Assembly (NCBI GenBank): GCA_963693365.1
Contig: CAVNZM010000008.1
Location: 1,550,001 to 1,614,000 of the forward strand
Direction: 5' to 3'
Origin: Amoebidium appalachense
Lineage: Eukaryota > Protista > Ichthyosporea
Length of the DNA: 64,000 nt
Under the pieces are notes generated by a model. That model was not told the DNA's origin. It ran no database searches and worked only from the letters and a program-made list of their open reading frames with translations. This document shows, piece by piece, positions 63,544-64,000 of the stretch. The first letter of the stretch is position 1. Each line of letters starts with the position of its first letter. The translations under genes and the position numbers were made by a program.

Positions 63544-64000
63544 GGAAGGGAAGAGGTAGAGGGGCGAGTCCGGCGGGGATGCGTGTAGCCGGAAGAGCGG
63601 GTGGTCCGGGGCACAAGCGGACAGGGGGGTGATGTGCTCGTGAAATTTAAGGGCTAATTCGTGTACGCGTTGTGATGGTGGTGTGAGTGCGTAGAGAGAA
63701 TCAAAAAGGCGTAGGCTAGGGATAGGTGTGGAAAGACCAGTGAGAAACGTACAACAAGTCCGTATCCTGCCTCCCCCCTTAAGATGGCACAAGTAAGGGT
63801 ATCTGATGTAAGACTATCAGTACGGGTTTTCATTGGGGAGCCACTTTCATCCAATCCATCATGTTCGATCTTGTTTGCTAAAGACAGCTCATAAAACCAA
63901 CCACCGCATCTCCCATTTTAGACAAAATCGAGGTTGATCCGATCGAGAATTCCATTCTTCCCCATGGCGCCGCCTAAGTGAAGTCATCGAACTTATCAAC
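63544..64000 (-). pseudogene. Decayed non-LTR retrotransposon-like ORF, upstream piece (continues beyond the window)
   Basis: The ORF ...QRVHELALKFHEHI... continues in frame into 55262 once the Copia element is removed. Confidence 0.4.

Overview
Eukaryotic, intron-rich genomic DNA. The lineage is probably a unicellular opisthokont/holozoan (inference). Introns are saturated with (CA)n/(GT)n and poly-G/poly-C tracts, so most ORFs in the supplied track are microsatellite artefacts. The left half (1-37 kb) is genic. It holds the 3' end of an unknown acidic protein gene, a 10-exon RPP40 gene (-) head-to-head with a 10-exon PPT1 gene (+), a head-to-head pair of divergent paralogous 7-exon double-RRM genes with mitochondrial-type N-termini, and an unknown gene/pseudogene with an in-frame TAG. 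Introns of three genes carry about 10 copies of a 5'-truncated retroposon. Every copy ends ...CATTC(A/T)AA at a poly-C tract and lies sense to the host gene. The longer copies contain a covarying kink-turn + pseudoknot RNA fold, which is the top finding. The right half (37.6-64 kb) is a nest of transposons inside a decayed LINE-like relic. One insertion is a chromodomain Ty3/Gypsy element whose gag and pol are separated by an in-frame TGA plus a long hairpin; it is interrupted by a 7.9-kb TIR element carrying a ~185-bp satellite and by a solo LTR. The other is a Ty1/Copia element, interrupted by a young non-autonomous LTR element. All calls were made by eye, and family assignments need database confirmation.
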